In this document: positions 35,191-45,789 of the stretch, piece by piece
Layout of the letters: the number at the start of each line of letters is the position of its first letter
Position numbering within the stretch: position 1 is the stretch's first letter
DNA from: Setoptus koraiensis
Lineage: Eukaryota > Animalia > Arthropoda
DNA length: 64,000 bases
Direction of reading: 5' to 3'
Assembly (NCBI GenBank): GCA_048013815.1
Contig: CM106586.1
Coordinates: 13,826,001-13,890,000 of the forward strand
Made by a program: the position numbers and the translations under genes
Notes under the pieces: generated by a model
What the model saw: the letters and a program-made list of their open reading frames with translations, nothing else
What the model was told of the DNA's origin: nothing
Databases searched by the model: none

Positions 35191-36836
35191 CTTTTTGAAA
35201 TTGGTTATTAGAGTCTTGATGTCACCTGAGAGCTCTTCTTCTGAATTAGGCTTCATAACCACTCCAATCTTCCGCTGAATGTTAGCCTCCATATATCCAA
35301 CTCGAGTCTCTTTCATGGTCCGAAATGAAAACCAATGAGGCTATTATTACTTACCATACGTTATGCTCACCAATCGTGAATTGAATGACCATTACATTGA
35401 ATTATCATTAAACGATAACGTTACTGAGCCAGTATCTCGCAAACGAGCTCAGGACTCTCTCAAAACTTGTTAGACTAATCTGTATTGTCAGCCAATTAAG
35501 TGATGGCAAACGAAAGAATACAGAATGAGGCACTGAGACTCTATGTCATGGGCGCAGAACAGCTTGGACTCTCTCGGCGTAATATCATAGATGTCAATGA
35601 GTGCGTCGTGTGACACATTCGCGTGTTTTATTGCGGAATGGGGAAAAGTTGGCTTATATTTTTCAGGACGAATCATCAACCATTCGAGCGTGAACTGCCA
35701 GATCACAGAACAAACTGATGAAAGCTGGGCATTTCGCAAAAATGAAGGCGACTGTGCAAATAAAAGTTATACATATGTATATATCATGCTAGCGGCTGAT
35801 ATTAGCCGTATCTGATTTTAGTTACCGTCATATAGTTGTGACATTATAGATGGGTCTCTAGCTGCTCATCAATTCACTGACAATCATGATAGCTGAATAA
35901 AAGTATCTGTCATGTAGACGGAGAGACACGAACGACGAGCAATCTAACCGAACGCATGAGAGAACTAGAGCCTCACTCATATGAGAAAAACAGATCGACT
36001 ATCCAAATCGAAAAATCTAACCAATCACCAGGCCTAGGACACGAGCATAGATTATGTAAAACAGCTTCGAGTTTCTTTTTATGAATCAATTCTGCATAAT
36101 TCAATGATACGGACCGACTTTCGTTGGTTGATGATGAACTGGAATCTGTGCTCGACGTCGATGTTGGTAGTGATTCATTTATATTAAGTTGTAGCACTCA
36201 CAGGCCTCTTATGCTTTGGCTCGATACATGGCACAATAACCACAATGGCTTCTTGCAGCTTGGTCTGGCCTCAAAGGTTTACCCTGTAAACGAAATGACA
36301 GTCAGCTTACAACGAGGAGGATTCCAGTGTTGAACCAAATCTTCCCTGAAATTACTTATTATACAGTGCACTGCCAAATGACAACGCAAAGCGCGGATAT
36401 TTTCTCTGTATTTTCACTAATCATCACAGTGTATCCTAGTGTTGCGGAGCGATCGCTTGCTCCAGGCGGGATTTTTTCGTTCCGAGAATTTTTGTCATGA
36501 TAATTGTAATCATACCATATAGTGTGCTGAAGTGCTTATCATTCTGTTGTGATGAACAAAACACCTGGGTTCATTCAGTGAGCTGCTGAATGCATCCGAT
36601 GAATGATTAGTTGTAATATTGCACAATAAACGATACAATCCATTGTATAAACTATAACAATTTTTCGCTACGAGCCAAATCTTTGCTCCAAGATAGCTCT
36701 GAGTGTGAGTTATAGAACCCGTAAAGTTCAATGAAATTATCACATTTGTCATAGGAGCTCCGCTAATACTTGCACTTTTATCTGTGCATTTTATTATTAG
36801 ATCTTATTTCATCACGGACTATGGAGGAGTGATACA

Positions 36837-38876
36837 TTAATTCACACATCTTAGCATACTAAATCTATCCTGGAAGCCCCGGCGTAATCTTTCGTTCATC
36901 CAATAATAAATTATTGGATTTGTGATGGTGTGGCACATAGAAATATGATGCGTAAAGATCCAAAAATTTTCAAGTCTTCTGATGTTTTCGATTGTAGGCT
37001 CAAGTTCGCGCATAATAAGATATATCTTAGCTGGGAGCCAGGTTAATACGAATGCTGTAAAACAGTATATCGCCATTCTGAGTGCCTAAACAAGTAGTTG
37101 TGGAATATGTTGAGTTGTAAACAGAAGCGATAGAATAGTCATTAGTTAGTAGTTTTCATTCGCAGCATCAGATTGCTTGGAAAAAAGATGGAATCGATTG
37201 GGGTTGGAGTTATAATGTGTTGAGTATCGGAATCAAGAATAGAGATCAACAAAAGGCGTCATCACTGTAGCTCAATATTGATTGCATAACAATGATATTA
37301 GTGATAGTCCTACTATACAGCTATCATGAAGGCGATAACCTGACCGGATCTATGTTGATTAACCAGTTACACTATCGGAACGCATGGCTAATCTATTTAT
37401 TTGGTGATTTTGATCAGTCTAGCCTTATGTCATATATTTGAGTCCGAGATTGCTGTGGAAATTGCTAAAGACACTTAGATCCTGATGATTAGGGCCAACC
37501 AAATCGGCGCTAGTTTTCGGTGGAAACTGGGATCCCTCAGAGTTTCCGGCAAAAGCTCGATTTTCAACAACAACAACAAAAAATTCCATGAGCGCTAAAA
37601 AAAACATAGGCAAAGCTAGACAATCTCCCCCATTTTTTTTTTCGGTTAAAACCCTCAAAGTAAGATTATTCGGCGAAAAAAGTGAACATAAACGGCCCCC
37701 GAAACGCTTCAAATAAGTAGAAAAGTAAAATGTGTGATTCAAGAATGTAACAGTAAAAAAAAAGCAAAAATCAGGTGCATGCACTAATCAACCGATCACT
37801 GGGTCACCCCAGTGAAAAAGTTATTCTGCCATACAATGTCAAGATTACATGGCTTGAGATCGTCTATGATGATAATGTGTAGCTTGGTGAAATATTGAAA
37901 CTGCATCGTATCCAACTCACCTTCTTTTTTGAACGAGCTCGTAATTCTTCTTCTCTTTCATTCACGCCGCCAGGCTTTTGGATGTTCCGAACAGTTAATA
38001 CTACTCTAGTAAATGTGATGGAAAACACAATTAGGGGGACTATAAATTGTAAAATCACCAAAACCAAATAATAGATTCGGCGCCATATAACTGATTCCCA
38101 TTTCTCAGAGCAAATTTCTGCATCTTTCTGATCCAAAGTTGTATGAATGGTTGATGGGATAGTAGTCAGGAAGGCCGCTATCCAAATAGCCCCAATGATC
38201 ATCTTGGTCTCTCGTAAAGTCAGAGGTGGCCGCAAAGGATACACAATAGCCAGGTAACGGTCAATAGATATAGCCATCATGGTATAGGTGCTTAATTTAG
38301 TACGGATGACAAAAAACATGATAGATTTGTAATTCTTGATAGAGCTGTGTGAATTTCTCTGTAATCATACTTTTCTTAAATTGCGCTTGCCCGATTGAAT
38401 TGTTGGATTGTCAGCATGAAAGGGCTCGTTATGATTGATACCAGTGGTGAAAAACGACAGAGAGACAATCGTCCTATTTTTCATCACCATCCACTCACCT
38501 GACAATGATAGAATTAGTTCCGAGATAGTTGACACAAACACATAAGGTGCTGCCCAATACCCATTTTTCGTAAATAAGATAGGAAATGAAAGTAACTGGT
38601 ATATTAATCAGTCCTATGAGTATGTCACCAAATGCTAAATTTACAATAAAATAATTTGTTGCTGTATGCATTGTTCTATCTGAAAGAACTGTATTGCAAA
38701 CAATGAGATTACTTGCGATGCTGGTGACAAATAAAAAACCGTTGAGGACATACATGGGAACCTGTGAGATTCAACAAAGTTGCAATTACTGATCTACCAA
38801 TCCGCAATGAATTCGGAGAGTCTTATTTGAAATTGATTACCAAGATACTCACTGACAACTCTGGTGAAAACTTCAT
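36837..38876 (-). CDS. RYa-R: RYamide/luqin-receptor-like class A GPCR, 4 exons, 301 aa
   Basis: Exons 38876-38853, 38761-38499, 38290-37921 and 37085-36837 have GT-AG ends and join in frame. Motifs: MHTATNYFIVNLAFGDIL, AISIDRY, RARSKKK-ALRM, TWLP, HHISMCHTITNPIIYYWMN. Exon 1 is less certain than the others. Confidence 0.8.
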
Positions 38877-39340
38877 TTTTCCTAGATATGCTTTTGAATA
38901 ATTGAATAATAGTTGAATAATTTTACTCGAACACTCAGATTAGTTCGACTCGTTGATAGTCAATTGAAACTGATTGATTGGTCGTGGTCCTTTCACAGGA
39001 AAGGTGCAATCGAAGATAGTATTGTTGAGTTAGCTGCTGCCGATCAAAACGAGTGCTGACATCTTTTTTATGATCTACAGAACCTGTACAGATATTTTGT
39101 ATAACTTATACTGTTTATAGAACAATTGTCGACTTAACTGATTGATCGATTTCTCTATCCAGGTTCGAATTCGCTGACCTCATAGCTCGGATTGTGTTCT
39201 TTTAGTCGGCACTTTCCAAAATGAAGGATACAAGGATAGTGATATGGCACTTCGAAGACGACCTCTTTCACATGAGGGCTCGAAAATTGAAATTGTTTCT
39301 GATCGGATTTTTTATGAACCCTGTCAGACACTACACTGCA

Positions 39341-39773
39341 TAGTGATCGGGAAAGACCCTTTTCCCTTTCCCTTTCCCAAATTCCAGGCTGGGAAAGAGG
39401 AGAGCCCATCCTCCATTTCCGACATTGGGAACGGGAGGGAAAGATCCCCGTGGAACCAATTCTCCCCCGGGGAACGCCCGCGGAGGGTCTAGGCATGCTT
39501 CACCGACCACCAAACCAGTAGACATGTAATAATCTACTAAAACCATTCGATTATCTCGACTCTCGACTATTTTATTCTTTCATCATTCGAAATCTCGCTT
39601 TTGGTGGTCCGTGAAACATGCTGAGAGCTTCCCCAGGCGTTCCCCGGGCATCTCCCGCCGGTTTCATATGGCGGGAAATGGGAAGCCCCCTTTCCTTCTC
39701 CCATGCCGGGGAAAAGGAAGAGAAAGGGCTTTCCCGTCGGGGAGAACTGCTTCCCGATTTCCCCCAATCACTA
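39341..39773. mobile_element. Non-autonomous hAT-type element (MITE), 433 bp
   Basis: TIRs are TAGTGATCGGG (39341-39351) and, on the reverse strand, TAGTGATTGGG (39773-39763), 10/11 identical. The 8-bp TSDs are ACACTGCA (39333-39340) and ACACTGTA (39774-39781). The GC-rich subterminal regions are diverged inverted copies of each other. Confidence 0.85.
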
Positions 39774-40324
39774 ACACTGTACTTGTATTTGTAGTACAAA
39801 TTTCGTTCCCACCGACGCAGTCTCCATCCGACAAACCTCTATCGCTTCACCGCTAGGCGGTGTTTTCGCTCGGAAGCAGACAAGAATGGAAAGTGAATTT
39901 TGGTGTGAGCAGATAAAATCTCATGTTGATTGATTGTATCTCGAGAAAATCTGACATAAATTTGAGGTGTCTCTGTGCGTTTTTGTGCATTTCTGCGTAC
40001 CGTGCGGATATTCTTGGCGATTATGTAATGCACATTCAAAACAGCCAAGAAATGTGCACATTTCTGTGTACTATAAACCCGAATCTCTCCTCAATAAGTT
40101 CTAGATGACAATAGTAAGATAAAGCGAAATAAATGTCACCAACAGCGTCGACTTGAGGAAAAAAACTCTAATCTCTAGCTTTAATTTGTTCAGAATAGTT
40201 GAAAGACTAGTTAATAGTGACCAACGTGCTCAACTAATCATCCTGATTATTATATTTTGGGCCTGCTTTGATCCTTATATTGGGGATTATTGCTATCAGT
40301 TACGACGGAGCTGTATGTATTGCT

Positions 40325-41881
40325 TTATTTGCACCAATAATCAAGTAAAAGTTTTAAAGTCATCACAAAAAACGTTCCTGCAAACGAGATAGCGAATAAT
40401 ATACCCAACTCGGCTATTGGCGAACCACCAAGATAACCAAGATGTTGAGCACCAGTAGCGGCAGCAGTTGCAAGGTGAGCCCCAGTTGTTGATGTTGCCA
40501 TTGTTGCCGCAGTGCCGCCAAATTGTACCTCACCCTCAGGATCTTGATAGTCCTGGATCAGCGATTGTTTGAACGATTCGTCTTTCACATTCACATGAAT
40601 ATATCTCGTTATTAGAAGATCACCCAATTGATTTAATAGCCACCCTTTAAGACCGTTCGCATAAGTGTAGCATACCAGATCGCTATCTAGTTCATCAAAA
40701 ATATCTCGCTGTTCAAAAATGTGAATAGATTGCTTCTCGCTGTCTGTTACTTGACCAATTCTGCTCAGATTAATTGTGATCAATTGCTCATAATGATCCA
40801 AAACATCTCTATTCAGCTTCAATAACGGTCCTTGCTCCATGTCGAGATGCATATCTACCAATAAAACACCCTGGCAATATTGGACGGTTTTTATCCACTT
40901 TTGCACACGTTCATTGCCGTTCAGACTTATATCGACACTATTTGATTCGTCTCTAGCCAGATAACCTTTCCACGCCAGTCTGGCTATTGTATAGACAGAG
41001 TTTTGTGCAAAAGACTCGATCAGATCGCAAGCCTGTCTGGTTTTCGAGAATGCATCAAATTTACCTATGTCATTTACTGTAACACCAAGAGAGAATGCAG
41101 CATCCGGTTCCGGTTTCATCGATTCTAACAGTATGATATTTTCTACTCTGTTGAATAACTTTACTTTAGTCTTTAGAATCAAGTCCAGTAGAAAATTTAT
41201 GCTAGCCGAAAGTTTTCCATTCAGTTCGGCGGAAACTGCTGATCTCGATTCATCTCTCGCATTTGCAGCATTAAGAATCAATTCAATGCTATCTACTAAT
41301 CTGCTATTATTCCTTTCGATCTCTTCCAGCTTTTGAGCAAGCGACTTCTTGCATGTGAGAATCACTTGACCGGCGAACAAACTAAAAAAACGAGATAGCC
41401 TATGCTTTTGTTTACTCGTAAAAAAGAGTATCTTATTGTGTAATATATTCTCTTTCATTCTCCTGTCGAATTTTAACAATTCATCGGCGAAGTCTTTTTG
41501 GCATACCGAATTGATACGAGAAGAATGATCAACGATTTCTTTCAGCTTCCTAAGATCACCATGACCATTAATACTGTGCATGCATCTATTCAATGTTGTT
41601 TTTTCTATCTTCACATCTTCTGTAGTAAATATTAACTTTTGGTCTTCATTAAGATTCTCCTTGTCTTGCAAAAGATGTTGCAGATGTTGTGTGGATTCTA
41701 CGTCATCTTTTATAAGTTTGCTAGCATAGAACTGAAAATCTTTGATTGTGCGGATGCTTCGAAATGCCTCCCTGCATTTTTCTTTTGTCCATAGTTCCGG
41801 TTCCGAAGTGAGGACGCCGATCGAGGAGACGCTAATGCAGACTAAGCAAACGAACAATGCGACTTCAATTGTGTACTTCAT
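40325..41881 (-). CDS. Secreted/TM family member 2, 518 aa, intronless
   Basis: Signal peptide MKYTIEVALFVCLVCISVSS, seven Cys shared with the paralogs, a Gly/Ala/Thr-rich segment, then the hydrophobic helix ELGILFAISFAGTFFVMTLKLLL. Confidence 0.9.
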   Translation of the reverse strand: MKYTIEVALFVCLVCISVSSIGVLTSEPELWTKEKCREAFRSIRTIKDFQFYASKLIKDDVESTQHLQHLLQDKENLNEDQKLIFTTEDVKIEKTTLNRCMHSINGHGDLRKLKEIVDHSSRINSVCQKDFADELLKFDRRMKENILHNKILFFTSKQKHRLSRFFSLFAGQVILTCKKSLAQKLEEIERNNSRLVDSIELILNAANARDESRSAVSAELNGKLSASINFLLDLILKTKVKLFNRVENIILLESMKPEPDAAFSLGVTVNDIGKFDAFSKTRQACDLIESFAQNSVYTIARLAWKGYLARDESNSVDISLNGNERVQKWIKTVQYCQGVLLVDMHLDMEQGPLLKLNRDVLDHYEQLITINLSRIGQVTDSEKQSIHIFEQRDIFDELDSDLVCYTYANGLKGWLLNQLGDLLITRYIHVNVKDESFKQSLIQDYQDPEGEVQFGGTAATMATSTTGAHLATAAATGAQHLGYLGGSPIAELGILFAISFAGTFFVMTLKLLLDYWCK

Positions 41882-42451
41882 TGTAGAAGTTCGGAGAAAT
41901 CTTTTGATGCTAAATACTAGCAGTTTCTATCTTGACTTGTTTTTCGATGAAAAAGTCTATCATGGATATTTGGTTGAGAGACAATAAAAAATTTCTCGGA
42001 AATGTCATCGCGGAGAAGATATCGACTTAATAAGTGATATTTTTTCGAATTCAGCAGTGTTGATTATCAGCTGGCTAAAGCGTCTGCTATAATTGTTATA
42101 AATAACTTGCCTTCAGTCTTACAGGTATATCTTTAAACATTTCTCGCTTGTGACATTCCATCGATGAGTTATTTTTAGCCCGATCCTAATTTCATGATCT
42201 AAAGATTGTGAGTCTCCTTGGGCGTAAACCACACTTTAAAATTTTTTAATTCCAATAGACCTAAAAGAATAAGTCCCGTGCCGAATATCGCTTGGATCGG
42301 ATAATTAGAATTCGCTAAAAACTTTGAGTAGTTTATCCTGTGAATCTCAAGAAACTCATGTAACTCGGCCTCTTGTTGTCCAAAAGCAACCTGAGAAATT
42401 GTTTTCTTCAATAGCACTGTCCGACAGCATAAAATTTCATTAAAGCCTGCA

Positions 42452-44020
42452 ATGAAGCATACTATTGAAACTTTATCATTTGTTTTTCTAGTCTGCATTG
42501 GATTATTCTCTGATAGAGTCTATACTTCGTCAGAAGATGGTAGCTACCCAATTCATAGTTCAGGACCTGAAACATGGACTAAAGAAATATGTAGAGATGC
42601 ATTCCGAGGTATCAAGACCATTAAAGAGTTTCAGTTTTATGCCAACAAATTGGTTAAAGACGATGTAGAATCAACCGAGCCTCAGCAAGCATCATTCATC
42701 GGCGATGTAAAGATAGATACGGCAACATTCAATAGATGTATGCACAGCGTCGATGGTATTGGTGATCTCAGAAAACTTCGAGATATTGTTGATCAAGCGG
42801 CACATATCAGGTCAGTCTGTCAAACGGACTATGCTGATAAGTTATTAGATTTCGATAGGACAATGAAGGAAAACGTGGCACATAATAAGGTTTTATTTTT
42901 CACTAGCAGGCAAAAACATAGGCTTTCTCGTTTCTTCGGTTTGTTCGCTGGTCAGGTGGTGTTGACTTGCAAAAGTTCACTCGCCCAGAAGCTAGAAGAA
43001 GCTGAAAGGAATGATGGAGAGTTAAGTGAAATCATTGATCTTATTCTGAGATCCGCAACCACGAGGGAAATTTCACAATCGCAACAGTCCGCCGCTTGGA
43101 ATAATAAATTTTCAGCTGGTGTGAATTTTCTATTGAACTTGGCTCTCAAGAGTGAAACAAAGCCATTCAATAGGGTGGAGAATATCATTCTGTTGAACTC
43201 AATGAAACCTGAACCGAACTCAGCCTTTTTCGTTGGCGTGACAATAAATGACATTGCAAAATTCGAAGCATTTTCGAAAACAAGGCAAGCTTGCTATCTG
43301 ATTGATTCCTATGCTCAAAACTCCATCTATACAATATCCAGGCTTGCATGGAAAGGCTACCTGGCCAACGACGAAAATAACATTGTCGATGTAAGTTTAG
43401 ATGGTGATGAGCGCGTACGGAAGTGGATAAAAGCCATTCAATACTGTCAGGGGGTTTTGCTGGTCAATGTCACTGTCGATATTGAACAAGAAGAGATTAT
43501 GAAGCTGAATAACGAACCATCGAATCTTATAATTGATTTAGTTAGAATAGATAATGAGAACGACAATTGGAATGAGGAGCAGCCTGCTCACATATACATG
43601 TATGAAAACTCGGACACTTTCGATGAATTCGATGACGATCTAAGATGCTACACCTATGCTGGTGGTCTTAAAGGATGGCTACTGAAGCAAGTGGGTGAAC
43701 ATTTGATCACCAAATATATTCGAGTGAATGTGAAGGACGAATCGTTCAAACAATCGCTCATGCAAGACTATCAAGATCCTGAGGGTGAGGTGCAATTTGG
43801 TGGCACAGCGATTACGATGGCAACATCAACAACTGGGACTCACGTTGCAACTGCTGCCGCCACAGCCGCTCACCATCACTATCTTGGTGGCTCGCTAATC
43901 GCTGAAATCGGTATAATAATGGCTCTAATCACAGCATGCTCATTCGTGATTGGAGTTATTGGAGGTTTTCTTATTTACTGGTGTTACGCTGCACACGAAA
44001 AGCCAGTTTTTCTCAAATAA
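42452..44020 (+). CDS. Secreted/TM family member 3, 522 aa, intronless
   Basis: Signal peptide MKHTIETLSFVFLVCIGLFS. It is collinear with member 2 (WTKEICRDAF, NRCMHS, LFAGQVVLTCK, QYCQGVLLV, DYQDPEGEVQFGG) and ends in a C-terminal TM helix. Confidence 0.9.
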   Translation: MKHTIETLSFVFLVCIGLFSDRVYTSSEDGSYPIHSSGPETWTKEICRDAFRGIKTIKEFQFYANKLVKDDVESTEPQQASFIGDVKIDTATFNRCMHSVDGIGDLRKLRDIVDQAAHIRSVCQTDYADKLLDFDRTMKENVAHNKVLFFTSRQKHRLSRFFGLFAGQVVLTCKSSLAQKLEEAERNDGELSEIIDLILRSATTREISQSQQSAAWNNKFSAGVNFLLNLALKSETKPFNRVENIILLNSMKPEPNSAFFVGVTINDIAKFEAFSKTRQACYLIDSYAQNSIYTISRLAWKGYLANDENNIVDVSLDGDERVRKWIKAIQYCQGVLLVNVTVDIEQEEIMKLNNEPSNLIIDLVRIDNENDNWNEEQPAHIYMYENSDTFDEFDDDLRCYTYAGGLKGWLLKQVGEHLITKYIRVNVKDESFKQSLMQDYQDPEGEVQFGGTAITMATSTTGTHVATAAATAAHHHYLGGSLIAEIGIIMALITACSFVIGVIGGFLIYWCYAAHEKPVFLK

Positions 44021-45789
44021 GCTGCCCCTGAAAGACGCTTAGATTGAACGATTGAGAGTTAACCTTAGCCAGCTGTTAAAGATACAAGATTGTGCCCCTC
44101 CATCTGAACCTGCTGAACTGCTCTGGTTGGTTAACCTTGATTATTTCAGAAAATGCCGAAAACTATGGCAATTTGGATTCAAGATGGCTAGCCAAAGAGA
44201 ATCCTCACCCTTGAATCATGGTTGGCAGCTGTCAACAAAGATGGGGCAGCTCGTTTTCATGACAACACGGTGATATAAAATCCGTCGCAATAAGAGTGGA
44301 GTAATGGAGATTCGATACTGATTTCGATCCAAAATTTTTTTTCTTCTAATTAGATAAAGGAAAGATAGAGCTACCGAATGAACATAGTCTCGTCCCCACC
44401 GATCCTATGCTTCAATGCGAAACGAGGTCCCGAAGAAAAAGAAAACGCCATGCGCCCTACCGCAACGTCGTGTGCATGTGCGAACCGACCCGGCCCGATG
44501 GGCACCCCTCGGGATGCTCTATCATACTCACAGCGAGAAAAACTCGAAGCAAAAATTTTCACAATCGACCCAAAAATTGAGAGAAGTCGTTGACCCACTG
44601 GTCAGACCCAGTAGAGGTTCACCTTCCCGCCAAAAATACTTCTGGGCGTGCGCGAGGTCCAGGAAAGACTAGAATATCTCGGAGACGAAAAATTGCCGGT
44701 TTTGATTTACAAGAATAGACCCATTAGAGACCTAAGAGTTAAGTTTATCTTTTCAATAGTTGTTGCAGAGTTACCCAAATCGAGGTTTCTAGGAGTATCA
44801 GCAAACGAAGAAAATAAAATACCGATTTATTGCTGGAAGACAGAGAAAAACTGAGCCGGTTAATACTAACGAAAATCTCATCAAATTCTAGCACCGGGAT
44901 ATGTTTTCTTGTAATTAAATAAAATGACTTTGCATCTTGAGCAAGGAAAGATGAACTGTTTGATTGCAGGCCCGGTATCTCCAGTATTCTAGGATGCCCT
45001 GCTCATTCTGCTCAAAATTAGCATATGGGCCCCAAGCTTTTCCGTGCTAGCGCGTCTAGCACTCGAGCTATCATCCTCTTGATATCATCACCGGGAAAAA
45101 TAGAGCATCCTCGAAAGGAGAAGAAAGAGAGTCGAGGATGGTATAAATACAACCGGCCGATCAATAGATCGACAGTCTAGTTTCGGCAAGATATTGTGAA
45201 CATCGCCAAGGTAGATTCAATAAGTAATGTCGTAGCGGTTAACGAATAAAGTCGTTCGAATAGAGCTATGATTTTAGTAGCTACAGAAATATCCTTAGTA
45301 GTTATTATCGTTTATGTTTGCTCGGTCTTATACCAAGCTGTTGGAGACCCCATTAATACTCTACGAGTGACTAACTTAGCCTAACGCTTACACTGTAGAA
45401 GTATAGTTGAAACGTACTTCACAGCTGTCACCAACCAGAACATTGCGTGAGAGGGAATTTCTGTCTTGCTACCGGAAAGGGCCTCCATGACCTGCCTCTC
45501 TTCAATGTAATATGCGAGTCAAAAGCAATTAGTCACAGGCAATTTTTTCTGCTTTTTTACTCGATCTTCCGCTGACTTACAGTTGCGAACAAGACTTTAA
45601 TTACTATTGAATAGAAGATAAATTTCAACTGATTGGTTGTATAAGTCATAGCCAGAAATTGAATTAAAATAACATACACATTCGTTTGAGGGATGTATAT
45701 CAATGGAGCATGTATGTAAATGGAACAACTATCTATTACAGGTGTACTGACACAAGCAGGATTATAGTCAAAACACATTTTTGCTATAA

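Noticed and set aside
37797-37814. 8-bp hairpin in GPCR intron 3 as a Helitron 3' end
   Set aside because: No CTRR terminus at the expected distance on either strand.
44340-45150. TAGAGCATCC-type inverted words and short ORFs suggesting a transposon
   Set aside because: No consistent TIR pair with a TSD and no transposase similarity.
45380-45550. Minus-strand frame with ACD and WLVTAVKYVSTILL, resembling the secreted family
   Set aside because: Similarity is limited to a few residues with shifted spacing and stops, and cannot be supported by eye.
45557-45778. ORF containing YVILIQF, resembling the gustatory receptor TYhhhhhQF motif
   Set aside because: The Tyr spacing is off by one, the motif is not C-terminal, and no 7-TM context is present.
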